DNA from: Narcine bancroftii
Taxonomy: Eukaryota
Reading direction: 5' to 3'
NCBI RefSeq assembly: GCF_036971445.1
Contig: NC_091474.1
Location: 77,872,001-77,936,000 of the forward strand
Length of the DNA stretch: 64,000 nucleotides
Both the position numbers and the translations under genes were made by a program. Position 1 is the stretch's first letter. Each line of letters opens with the position of its first letter. Below are positions 10,574 through 21,255 of the stretch, one piece after another. The notes under the pieces are model-generated. The model ran no database searches. It had not been told where the DNA came from and was given only the letters and a program-made list of their open reading frames with translations.

Positions 10574-12316
10574 TTAGCTTGAATAAAAATAAAGATCACC
10601 AGCAACAACTGAAAGGTCATCAAGGTTAGCAGATGATGTGGATGGCTGTGGTCCTGCAGCAGATGATGTGGATGGCTGCGGTCCTGCAGCAGATGATGTG
10701 GATGGCTGCGGTCTTGCAGCAGATGATGTGAATGGCTGTGGTCCTGCAGCAGATGATGTGGATGGCTGTGGTCCTGCAGCAGTTGATGTGGATGGCTGCG
10801 GTCCTGCAGCAGATGATGTGGATGGCTGTGGTCCTGCAGCAGATGATGTGGATGGCTGCGGTCCTGCAGCAGATGATGTGGATGGCTGCGGATCAGGATT
10901 AGTGGATGCACTGGCAGCCTTTTGGGTTGCCTTCTTCAATAATTTCTGACCAGCTTGTTTGAAGGCCCTTCTCCTTTCATGCAAAGTCAGGTTTTGCATG
11001 ACGTACAGCTGCATAACATGTTGAGAAGTTAAGAAAGGTTGCTGTTCTGCAAAGGCAAAGATGGTTTTAAATGCTGCAGTAGCATTTTTCCAGGAGATTT
11101 TTCCCACCTCTTCGACCTCTTCATCACTTTCCTCCTCTGCTTGGTTTTCTTTTCCATGATTCTCAACCGCTTGTATTATCTCTTCCGTATTTAGTGTATG
11201 AGTAACGGGAGCATCTTGATCCACATTAAGCCATTCATCAAGGTCAAAGCGTGACAAAGGCATCTTATCACGAGCAGAGTCAACCAACTCACGCACCTCA
11301 TCATAAACTTTCTTTCTCATCCCGTGTGTTGAAAACTCCTTAAACTCGTCTTCGGATCCTTCCTCAAACATTACAAGTGGCCACAACTTTTGCCAGCATC
11401 TCCTTAATGTTTCACGCTTCACAGAATCCCAAGCGCAACTAACATTGTAAATAGCATCCTTGAGTGAATATTTCTTCTGAAATTCCAGTATTGTGCCGTC
11501 AAAGTTTGTCATTTTTCGCATGAAATCACGTCGATACAACATTTTCACATTTTGGATAACCCCTTGATCCATGGGTTGAATCAGGCTTGTCACATTTGGA
11601 GGGAGATAACATACAAAAATGTTACCATTCATAAGTTCCTCAGCAGGAGGATGAGCATGACAGCTATCTAAAAGCAACATAATTTTACTGTTTTCTTTCA
11701 TACCCTTCCTACGTAAATTCACTTTGACACTGGGGACAAAGATGTGATGAAACCACCTGGTAAAGATGTCAACATCCATCCAAGCATTGCTCTGTGACTG
11801 ATAACCAACAGGAAGGTGAGCAATGCCTTTAAAGCACCTTGGCTTAGCACATTTTCCAACCACAGTCAGTTTCACTCTGTGGCTGCCAGATGCATTTGCA
11901 CAAAGAAGCACAGTTATTCTTTCTTTATTCCGCTTGGAACCTCGAGTAACTTTATCATCAACACTAGCCAAAGTAGTGTTAGGCAGACATTTCCACATTA
12001 ACCCCGTCTCAACAGCATTGTAAATTTGGTCTGGGGTTAAGCCTTTGTTGGCAACTAGCTCTTGAAAAACACTGCAAAACTTATCCACTGCCTCATGATC
12101 TGCTGATTTCTGCTCACCAGACAAGTCTGATGTACGGATACCATGGCGAATCTTGAATCTGCTAAGCCAGCCATTTGAAAAAGAACATTCGGACTCAATA
12201 TTCATCTTCTTGTGGAACTCCTTTCCTTTTTCTTGCAACATGGGTCCTGTTATGCAACCACCTTCCGACTTTTTCAAAGTAAACCATTCAAAAAGAGCCT
12301 GGTCAAGTAAGTCCAT
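10574..12316 (-). CDS. Tigger/Jerky-like transposase-derived ORF, 580 aa (CENP-B HTH + DDE_1 domain + repeat tail); first catalytic Asp replaced by Val
   Basis: Motifs LDQALFEWF, FSNGWLSRFKIRHGI, IYNAVETGL (consensus NADETGL), LLLD-32aa-D (QPMDQG); no internal stops; expression unproven. Confidence 0.8.
   Translation of the reverse strand: MDLLDQALFEWFTLKKSEGGCITGPMLQEKGKEFHKKMNIESECSFSNGWLSRFKIRHGIRTSDLSGEQKSADHEAVDKFCSVFQELVANKGLTPDQIYNAVETGLMWKCLPNTTLASVDDKVTRGSKRNKERITVLLCANASGSHRVKLTVVGKCAKPRCFKGIAHLPVGYQSQSNAWMDVDIFTRWFHHIFVPSVKVNLRRKGMKENSKIMLLLDSCHAHPPAEELMNGNIFVCYLPPNVTSLIQPMDQGVIQNVKMLYRRDFMRKMTNFDGTILEFQKKYSLKDAIYNVSCAWDSVKRETLRRCWQKLWPLVMFEEGSEDEFKEFSTHGMRKKVYDEVRELVDSARDKMPLSRFDLDEWLNVDQDAPVTHTLNTEEIIQAVENHGKENQAEEESDEEVEEVGKISWKNATAAFKTIFAFAEQQPFLTSQHVMQLYVMQNLTLHERRRAFKQAGQKLLKKATQKAASASTNPDPQPSTSSAAGPQPSTSSAAGPQPSTSSAAGPQPSTSTAAGPQPSTSSAAGPQPFTSSAARPQPSTSSAAGPQPSTSSAAGPQPSTSSANLDDLSVVAGDLYFYSS
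10628..10891. repeat. 30-bp coding minisatellite, ~8.8 units (agcagatgatgtggatggctgYggtcctgc)
   Basis: Directly visible tandem array; encodes PQPSTSSAAG on minus strand. Confidence 0.95.
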
Positions 12317-12626
12317 CTTGGAGGATGTCCTGTGAAAAGGAATCTTTGTTTGTTTACCTCGGTCACAAGGTGGATTGCAGGTGTCTCCTGGTGCGTGAGT
12401 GGTAGATTGGCAAAATACTGGTGAGGCGCCCCAATTTTAAACTTGCATATTTTTGACCGATTATTTTATTCTTATTTATTTAAATTTTTTAAAACATATT
12501 TATTTCTGTGATTTATTTTGCTGGTTTCTTGAAGTTGCCAGTTGCTTGAATTCCAGATAATGGGGATTTTACTGTATTTAGAAGAAAAATCATATAAAAA
12601 AAGGCTGTCAAAGCCATCATAAGCAT

Positions 12627-13211
12627 TGTGAGAAACAGAAGTACCTTCACAGAATTTGCTCGAGACAAAAATTGAGAACAAAGAACATTTATTATACAAC
12701 AATGCAAAGTTGGGTGCTTCCCCTTACCCTGGGAATACACACACACACACACTGGGGCTCACCCAACTTTTATACAGTTCATTTCAGTATAGAAGTACCC
12801 TCCCCCTTACATTCTTCTGCCTCCTGGATGAGTTTGGCATTAGGCAATCCTATCTGCCTACATGCTGTTTCTGTGAACTTGGAGGACCAGGGGGTATCCT
12901 GTCGGTGTCCCATCATGTCATTGTCCTTTTTGACAAACCTGCCTTTGTCCTTATTCACACCTTCCCAACCCTCAGGGCTTACTAACTCTTATATGCAGAA
13001 CTTGCTAATTCTGTCTAAGGCTTACTAATTACATATGCGGAACTTGCTGACTCTGTCTAAGGCTAGAAGACCCTTAACTTATTCAGACTAACTTTACTTC
13101 CTACATTCTATTATCTATCCTTATCCTATTCATACTGGCTTTATTCATTACACATATATCCATACTAGCTTTCTTCATCTCTCATATTTTCATATCAGTT
13201 TTACTCACACA
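12627..13211 (-). mobile_element. solo LTR (585 bp)
   Basis: TG...CA termini; 4-bp TSD GCAT (12623-12626, 13212-13215); minus-strand TATAAAAA ~12770 and AATAAA ~12690; ~43-bp tandem duplication at ~12976-13064. Confidence 0.85.
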
Positions 13212-13398
13212 GCATTAACTCAGGAAGAAGTGTTGCAGTAGAAAGTTTGCACCTCAGAGATTATAACCCCTACTAGAGTGGTCATGGCCAGTTGATAAAG
13301 GTAGCATTTAAATCAAAATCACTAGTCTTGTGAATTAGTAAAACAAAAAGCGACAAGTTAGAACAGTAAATCAAAATGTTAGTTAATTGTAGACTATA

Positions 13399-13590
13399 TC
13401 TTTGGCTTTGCTTCACGGACGAAGATTTATGGAGGGGGTAAATGTCCACGTTAGCTGCAGGCTCGTTTGTGGCTGACAAGTCCGATGCGGGACAGGCAGA
13501 CACGGTTGCAGTGGTTGCAGGGGAAAATTGGTTGGTTGGGGTTGGGTATTGGGTTTTTCCTCCTTTGTCTTTTGTCAGTGAGGTGGGCTC
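13399..13590 (-). mobile_element. RTE LINE 3' fragment
   Basis: Reverse complement of the 3' end of 60688-61647. Confidence 0.9.
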
Positions 13591-15650
13591 ATGTTGAGAC
13601 CCTCACTGTCCAATCGCTCACCAAACATTTCTTTTGTTGATGCTCCTTAATTCAACCTTGCTGAATTATTCGAGCTGATAGGGTCAAGACCTCATTGGGA
13701 ATGCTTAGATGAATTTCAGATTAAGTATGCCATATTAATATCTTGAAAGGGGCAGCTTGTCTTCGCAGGAAAAGGTGATCAGACCAGAGTGGTATCAACT
13801 GGGGTTTAGAAAAGATTCAGATTTATTGTCAGAGTACATACATGACATCACACAACCCTCTCAGGGAGTGGAGACTTGATTGAAACATGTGCAATGTTTC
13901 CTCTTATGGAGAATCTGGAACTAAGGGTTACTATTCATCAGTTTGAATCATGGGATCAAGTAGGATTGAATTGTCCTGCATGATAAGATTAAGCAGATTG
14001 GGCTTTTGGGGTTAATACATGAGTGTTGATTTATTAAATGGCAGAACAAGTCTAATGGACTTATCTGATTTAATTTATGTTAAACTAAGACCCTCACAGC
14101 ATTATTTTGAAGAAGAGCAGGAACATAGTTTTCTTTATATCTTAATTAATTCTTAATTCAACACTCAATATTACTCAAAACACATTAAAGCTGTTTCCTC
14201 TCCATTGTTTCTACCTGAATACTTCCGGAATATTCTGCTTTTAAGTGGGAATGTGACTAGTAATGAGGATATACAGAAATTTCAAGGTTGAATTAAGGAG
14301 CATCAACAAAAGAAATTTTTGGTGAGAGATTGGGTAATGTTGATCTCCAGTGACCTGAGCGTCTTTGCAACCAATAGTTGAGATGGCATTTTGGCCTTGA
14401 ATGTTAGAGGATTTGAGCATAGAAGTGAAGGGGGCTTATTATTATGTAGGGCCATTGGTAAGAACATATGTAGAGTATTTTATACAACTTACTTAACACT
14501 GTCTTGACCTAAATAAAAAGTACAATAGAATTTTCATCAGCCTATTTCCTATGAAGAGGTCATTCATTTAAGGGCAATTTGAGTAGGTTAGGTGTTTATA
14601 GTTTAGAACAATAGGTGACCTCAGTGAAAAGAAAATTAATTTTGGAGGGGTGAACAGAGGGGATTTGTTTCCCTCAGTTGAGGAGTCTTTAAAGACAGTG
14701 TCAAAAAAAAGTAGAAGACATATGGCTTAGAAGGTTACATTTGTCACATAGATGTATTTGGACAATGAGGGCTTGTGGGCTGGAAGAACCTGTAACTGCC
14801 ATGTATCTCTAAATGAAAAAAAAGACAGAAATAAGAAATTTCTCCATGGTGAATATTTGGGATTCTCTATTCTGAAAGGATGTGGAAGCTCAGCCATTGC
14901 CTTCATCAAGAAATCAGATGATCAAATTTTGGATGTCATTCAGAATCAAAATATAGGAGGACAAGAAGGGAAAACAATTTTTAATGATGAAATAGTCCAA
15001 TTCTGCCCTTGTTTCTCAGACTTAGTTCAACTTTGTAGCATTTTAGTGAAACGATTACATTCATTCAGCATATTGCACGCTGTATACAAATCGTCTGCTG
15101 TGTTCCCTCCCTTTAAAGAAAATGTATCAAACTTCAACAAGTACTTAAATTTGTCTGGAAAGTAATTTATAGTTCTATTTGTGACAGGCAAGGCAAAGTT
15201 TTGATATCCACCTCTCCCTCCAGCACATACGATCAATCTTACTGCAAAAAATACTGCTACATTACCAAATGCAAAAAAAAAACCCAACCGCAGTCATTTT
15301 CATTGAAATATTTTCCTAAGTGGTAAACAGCAAGAAGTAAAATAGCTTTGGGGTTCGATAACAATTAATTGTTACGTGAGGAATCTGGCTTGGCATTCTA
15401 TTTGGTTTATCAAGAGTGAAAAATATGTATAAATGATGCAGTGCTCCGAACTGTATTGGTCCTCAGCCAAGATTAATCTTTGGCAAGTACTAAACAGCTT
15501 GCAAACGGGCCAAGCAGACCCATTTTGAACCGCTTTCGCAGTTTTGATGATATAATCTCGATAAATTGACCAGATAGAGCATGCATAAGATCCATCAGTA
15601 CCAGAAAACGAAAAAAAATTTACAGTGGTCATAATAAGTTAAGCGCTTAC

Positions 15651-15700
15651 TCTTCACATCGGTCCTCTCGCCGGTGAAACGACCATCAATCTGTCAACCA
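15651..15700 (-). other. candidate non-coding first exon of divergent gene (5' end approximate)
   Basis: Minus-strand donor GA|GTAAGC at 15650 on the left edge of the CpG island. Confidence 0.35.
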
Positions 15701-16300
15701 CCTCAGCGCGCATGCGCAGAAGGGAGACTCGATTGACCGGGCATGCGCAGTGACGGACTTTGAGTGCTGCTCCCCACCAATCAGTTGCTCATTGTGGAGG
15801 CGAGGGAAGGCGGTTGCAGTCCGCGAGCGGTTCGGTGGTGCTGGCTGCGCGCAAGCGCGGTGGGGAGCTGCGTCGGGCTCGCTGGCTCCAGCCCGCGCGC
15901 ATGCGCCCGGAGTTGGCGTCACGCAGTGGCCGAGCGGAGAGAAGCAGGGCGCCCTCGGAGCGGGAATGGGGTCAAGGAGCGGCCTCTGGTACCGGTACCG
16001 AGCAGCGCCGGCTCCCCGCCGTCCGAGCTCGCTGCGGAGCAGATAACAGAGGATCGGTGCGGGTCGGCCGCTGGGGGAAAGCTGAGGTGAGAGGGGAGCT
16101 GTGGCAGGGAGTGTCCGGGGAAGCAATGGCCCACCCGCGGGGTGGGTGGGCGGGCGCTGTGTCTCCCCGAGCTCCCACAGCTCATCGCTGCCTCCAGCTC
16201 CCACCCTGGCTAGCAACACCCGCCGTGCCGTGCAGCACCTTCCCTGGCCGGTAGTGCCTACTGTGCCCACCTTACCCAGAAGCTCTCCCCGCAGCACCCC
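15660..16300. promoter_or_regulatory. CpG-island promoter, probably bidirectional
   Basis: Only strongly CpG-rich island in the window; NRF1-type GCGCATGCGC at ~15708 and ~15897, variant GGGCATGCGC ~15739, CCAAT ~15777; splice donors pointing outward on both strands. Confidence 0.85.
15900..16086 (+). other. DLG5: non-coding first exon of DLG5-family gene (start approximate)
   Basis: Donor GAG|GTGAGA at 16087 within CpG island; linkage to downstream exons inferred. Confidence 0.55.
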
Positions 16301-18729
16301 TTATACCAACCCCCATTACATCTTCCCCACTTGTCAACTCCCATAACACTTCAACCCCCTTTGCATTTACCCCATCCTTCATCAATTCCCTCCTCAACCC
16401 CAGCACACCCAACTCTCCTCTCTCTAACACCCTTTATATAAAAGAACTTTGACATCTTCTTTTCTTCCCCCCCACCACCTTTGGTGACACCCCGCTGTTT
16501 TTTCCACTCGCCAAATCATCATCCCTTTAATTTTACCTCTTCTCTGGTCAGCCCCTTTTGTTGCCCCACACCGGCCATTCCCCTGTCCTCACAGATCACC
16601 CCCTGCTCCAAACATCCACCTCTTCCCCTAATGCCCACCAGTTTCCACAACATACCAATCTCACCCATTTGCTTCCACTCCAAATCCTTGCTTTCCCCTC
16701 ATCTGCCACTCATTTAGTACATGCAGGAGCTTTGATGGAGGCATCTATTGACCTGAGAAATTCTGCCACTCTTCTGTTGAACCTTATTGTGTAAGGGAGC
16801 ATTCTGATTATAATTGAGAGTCTTAATTTTTTTTATTTGTGTGACAAAACTCAAACTAGTCTGTGAGATTGTGTAGTTGTTTACAAATCTGATTTGATTT
16901 TGAGGATTTTTGCCTGTGATCGGTCTCCACGGGGTGTGAATTTGTCTGTTTATTTGTAACTTTCTCCATGAATGTTTTAGCATTAGAGAAGTTGAATCCA
17001 TCTATATCAGTGTACAGCTCAATGAGACTAGAAGGGCTGAAGGGCCTGTTTGTGTGCTGTAATATTCTGTGGTCTGTGTAGTAGAATGAAACAGTGCATT
17101 TTAACCATTATTGATTTCTGAGAATAAAACTGGAACTTGTATATGTTTGTTTTTGTGACCACCTCTGGGAGGCTGGTACAGTGTTTGCATGTTGGTATGG
17201 TAAAACACCTGCTTACTTGAAGATACTGAAGTAAAAATGAAATTATTAAAAATGATGTTATTTATTGGCCTTTGAAATTCTAAATTGGGGCGTGAGATTT
17301 TAAAAGTATATTACTCGCGGGGTAATATACACTGTTAATTTTGGCCAAGTTAGTCTCACCGTCAGACTAGCTATATGGGTAATTCTGCCAGACGTTTGAA
17401 TACTCATGACTCAACCTGCTGCGAAGTTGTGTGTACCTGTAGAAGAATTTGTGCACTTCTGTTTGCTTGAGAAAGTCTACATGCGAGTGCAGGAACTTTG
17501 CACTTTCCTGTATGTGTGTCAAAGGTTATGTATCCATCTGTTTCTAAATGGAAGTGAAAGAGTGAGTTAACATCCAGTTTTCCATACCTGATCTACTTCT
17601 ATGAGCACAGTGCTGTTGTGATCAGATGTCGACGGAAGAATAATTCTTTGAATGAAAGAAAAATTTTCATGTATGTATATATTTTTGTTTGAATGTTTTT
17701 GCTCATAAAGGTGAGGATGCAGCTACCAGTGAATTTGAGTGGATGATGTATCATTTGTGGCTGCCTGTGAGACATTGAAGTCAGGAACATGTTTTCCTGT
17801 GAACATCTGAATGCAATTAAAACTAAAGCATGTATTTTACATTTGTGTGTTACAAATGATTGCTAATTTGCTGAATGAAACATTAGTCTGCAGATGTTGT
17901 GATTGTAGTAAAAACACACCAAAATGCCGGAGGAACTCAGCCAGTCTTGCAAGATAATTTTCTGATCAGATCTCCTGTGATTTGTTTAAAATTTGCTTGT
18001 TGAAAGAGGGTACATTGTACAATTTTACTTCCTACAGGAATTTACGAGGTGTCAACCAAAATGAAGGATTGAGTCAACAACCTATTCCTTGGCATTGAAA
18101 TTAAAGGATGATTTAGTAGAAACGTTTTGAGTAATAAAAAACAAGTAAATAAATGGTTCTCTAGTTGAGAAGTGGTTCTATGTTTATAGCACCAGAGAGA
18201 CGTTTATTTATCGTTGATTCTGTTATCCTGTCAGTAACTGATCTGGGGGAAAAAAAATTCTGGAAGAATGTGTGATGTGGTGGAAGGTTGTTGATGCAGA
18301 ATCAATGCATTTTTTTTTAAAAAGTGGATATTACTTTGGAATTGAGAGGAAATTGAAAGAATGTGAAGACTAATCAAATAACAGATCTGTCTCTCTGGAG
18401 TACTTTTTTAATGTTATTGCTTTATCTTCCTCAGTATGCAAAATTCCTTTGTTCTTTTCATTTTTCTTTCCCCAATTTCTGAATTACTATCAAAAATATC
18501 AGTGAAGCACGGCTCACAATTAATGCTGAGTCACTTGTTATTCAAGCAATGTAGCATTCAGTTAGTGCGCTGCAAATTCCCAAAAGCAACAATGTGATTA
18601 GAACTTTATTTGTACATCTTTCTTTACACTTACTGTTCTATTAATTTAGTACATTCTACAGTGCATCAAATCTTCATGTTTTCTTCATAAATAATACATG
18701 GGAGAAGTGTTTTGAGAGGTTAATACTCA

Positions 18730-20530
18730 GGGCTCGTCCCCTCAATATCCAGGTGTCGCAGGACTTGTCTGTGGTCCCTTAGAGTCTTTGTGACCACATT
18801 GAGATTCAGTGTGTTCTTCGGCACATACTCCTGCACCTTAGAATGTACTAATTGCCTGCCTTTGCTTGCAGACATCATCTATTACTTGAACATCAATATG
18901 TTTTGCTCATCATAAGTGCGCCTTCTGCCATGTTGTTGATCCAACAGCAGCAGGTGATGTTTTTCTGAGTATGTAGCCTGTAGATCAAAATGTGCAACAT
19001 CTTGGTGAGTCTCGACAAGGACCATCACATTCTTTCCCAGACCTTCTTTCCAGCGCACAGTCTGCAAGGACTGAGAGGTGTGGATAAGAGGTCTCATCTA
19101 TACTTTAGCCATTCAAGGGCACAGTGTGGCAAGAGTGAGACTCCGACTGTGTGGAAATGATTTGATGGGGAAGACCTATTTTGCCGACAACCACCTGAGA
19201 CCTAGTTTGTGAGTTCTCGTGATGAAGCATTCTGCCAAATGGCTGCTAGTCAGCTTGGGCAACCATTCCCCCTTGTCCTCCCACAGGGCTGTGCTGAACA
19301 CTGCCTGATGGACATGTGAAAGTGTTTAGATTAGATTCAACTTTATTGTCCTTGTGCCAAGTATATTACAAAACCAATGAAATGCAACCAGCATCTAACC
19401 AGAAGAGCAAAGAAAAGTGCTATTTTCAAATCACTGAATAAAAACAACTGCTCCAGCAAACAGCCAAGTATAAAGTGTTGAAACCTTTACGAAGGAGAGA
19501 TAGTATGTTAAGGTTCGGTTGAATGAAGTGTTGCACATCAACTAGACCAAGTCCATCTTCACGACAGGGGTAAGTAGAAACTTGACACAGGCAGATATTT
19601 TGAATTTGTGTGCTCAAGTCTGTATACTTTAATGCAGCAATCATGAAAGGTAGACATCAGGATGAGGGCTATTTTGAGTCTCCTTTTCTCTGGAGACTTC
19701 ACAAGCTGAAGAACTTGTTTCATTCACATCTCCAAATGAAATGAAAGCATGGCACAGAGGTAAGGTATGGAGTAAGGCAAGGGTGCTACTCTTGTTGGTG
19801 AAACATCAACATGGATAATAGATTACAAACATCCTTGGTGGCTCTTATGAATACAAGAACTTTTTTTTTTGCCCGGAGGCAAAAAAAAAGTCATTTCTAA
19901 AACAAAAAGAATCCCTTCAGAAATATTAAATAGCTGCAGATCTTGCATATCTTACTTACTGATCAAGTTTTTGCCTGCCATTGAGAGATAGAGCAGCTCC
20001 CATGTTCCCAATTTCTGTTCGATCTGTTTCAGTGTTTCAGCCTCTTCCAGACATGTCCTAGCCCTTCTGGACCACATTGCCAGTACCTTCAAGTTGTTTG
20101 ATTTGATGGTAAAGAGTTCAGAGCATCAATCAGGCCAATCTTTAAAGAATGTGGCCTTGTTATTGCTGCAGTTGACTTTCGTCCCTGAGACCTGTTGAAA
20201 CTAGTTGAAAATACTGATCAATCAGTGGGTCTGAGCAGAAGGCAGTGATGTCATCCATGTACAGGGAGGCTTTGATTTGAGTTCCCCATGGCTTGGCATT
20301 GTAATTCCTATTATGCCAGTGTTTTTGATAGATTCAACAAAAGACTAGACACAAACCACAAATAAGACAGGCGAGTGAGTAGCCGTGACATGATTTTATT
20401 TGATTCAGATTGGATTGTTCTATTAATGTCTGTGTAAAGCGTTCAATTTCCACCCTTCCAACCAACCCCAGCCCATTTTGGAGATCATGTTCATCATCTG
20501 TGTGGAGTATTCAATCCGGCGCTTTCTCCT
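18730..20530 (-). mobile_element. decayed Tx1/L1-clade LINE ORF2 fragments (interrupted by other repeats)
   Basis: Minus strand gcctccctgtacatggatgacatc = ASLYMDDI (RT catalytic motif) at ~20247-20270. Confidence 0.55.
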
Positions 20531-20569
20531 GATCCAAACAGCAGGACTCAACTCCAGATTTGGTCACCC

Positions 20570-21255
20570 AGCTTGAAGGCCTTCTCTCCTTTCTGGCAGA
20601 AATGCAGCTGCTTCTGGCAAGAACCATGGAGGAGGGCTGTGCATCTACATAAATAAAGACTGGTGTACAAATGTCTCCATAGTAAAGACCACTGATTCTT
20701 AATGGTGAGGTGCAGGCCTTTCTACCGACCCAGGGATTTCACAGCCATTCTGATCACAGCGGTTTTTCTCTCTCCTGAGAAGCAATGAAAGAGCTTTAGA
20801 GGGCCATCTGTGAAGTCCAAGCAACACACCTGGATAACTGTATGATTATTGCTGGTGACTTCAACCATGCTAAGCTGAAAACAGCTGTGCCAAAATTTCA
20901 ACAGCATTTCAACATTCTAACCAGAGTACAGAACATCTTGGATAGGGTGTATACAAGCATCCCTGGAGCCTACAAGGCTGTTTCCCCCCCCCCCCCCCCC
21001 CATCCCCCCAAAACTGTGTGGACCAGCTGGCTGAGGTCCTAACAGACATCTTTGGTACCCCACTACAACAGTCAATGATCCCCCACAGCCACCATCATCC
21101 CCATGCCCGAGAGAGCGATGGTAGTTGGACGAAGTGACTACCATCCAGTTGCACTGACCTCCATGATCATGAAGTGCTTTGAGTGACTGGTAATGGAGCA
21201 CATCAAAGTTCATCTACCAGTGACTATGAACCATTTCCAGTTTGCTTATCTGCTA
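20570..21255 (+). mobile_element. Rex1/Babar-like LINE endonuclease/RT fragment with internal deletion
   Basis: GGGLCIYINKDWC, IIAGDFNHA, DYHPVALTSMIMKCFE, FQFAY motifs. Confidence 0.75.

Larger units (their letters stand above)
10230..12574 (-). mobile_element. Tigger/pogo-family DNA transposon
   Basis: 14-bp perfect TIR CAGTAAAATCCCCA at both ends; TA at 10228-10229 and 12575-12576; internal transposase ORF. Confidence 0.9.

Noticed and set aside
10628-10891. CRISPR-like regular repeat
   Set aside because: Head-to-tail units with no unique spacers, in eukaryotic context
10510-10949. His-rich (QDRSHPHHLL)n and (DVDGCGPAAD)n ORFs
   Set aside because: Alternative frames of the stop-free 30-bp minisatellite; no independent evidence
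14752-15165. 137-aa plus-strand ORF
   Set aside because: No recognisable motif or convincing splice sites; likely chance ORF
15686-16346. Multiple overlapping 68-203 aa ORFs
   Set aside because: Expected from stop-poor CpG-island sequence; none resembles the DLG5 CARD or another known protein
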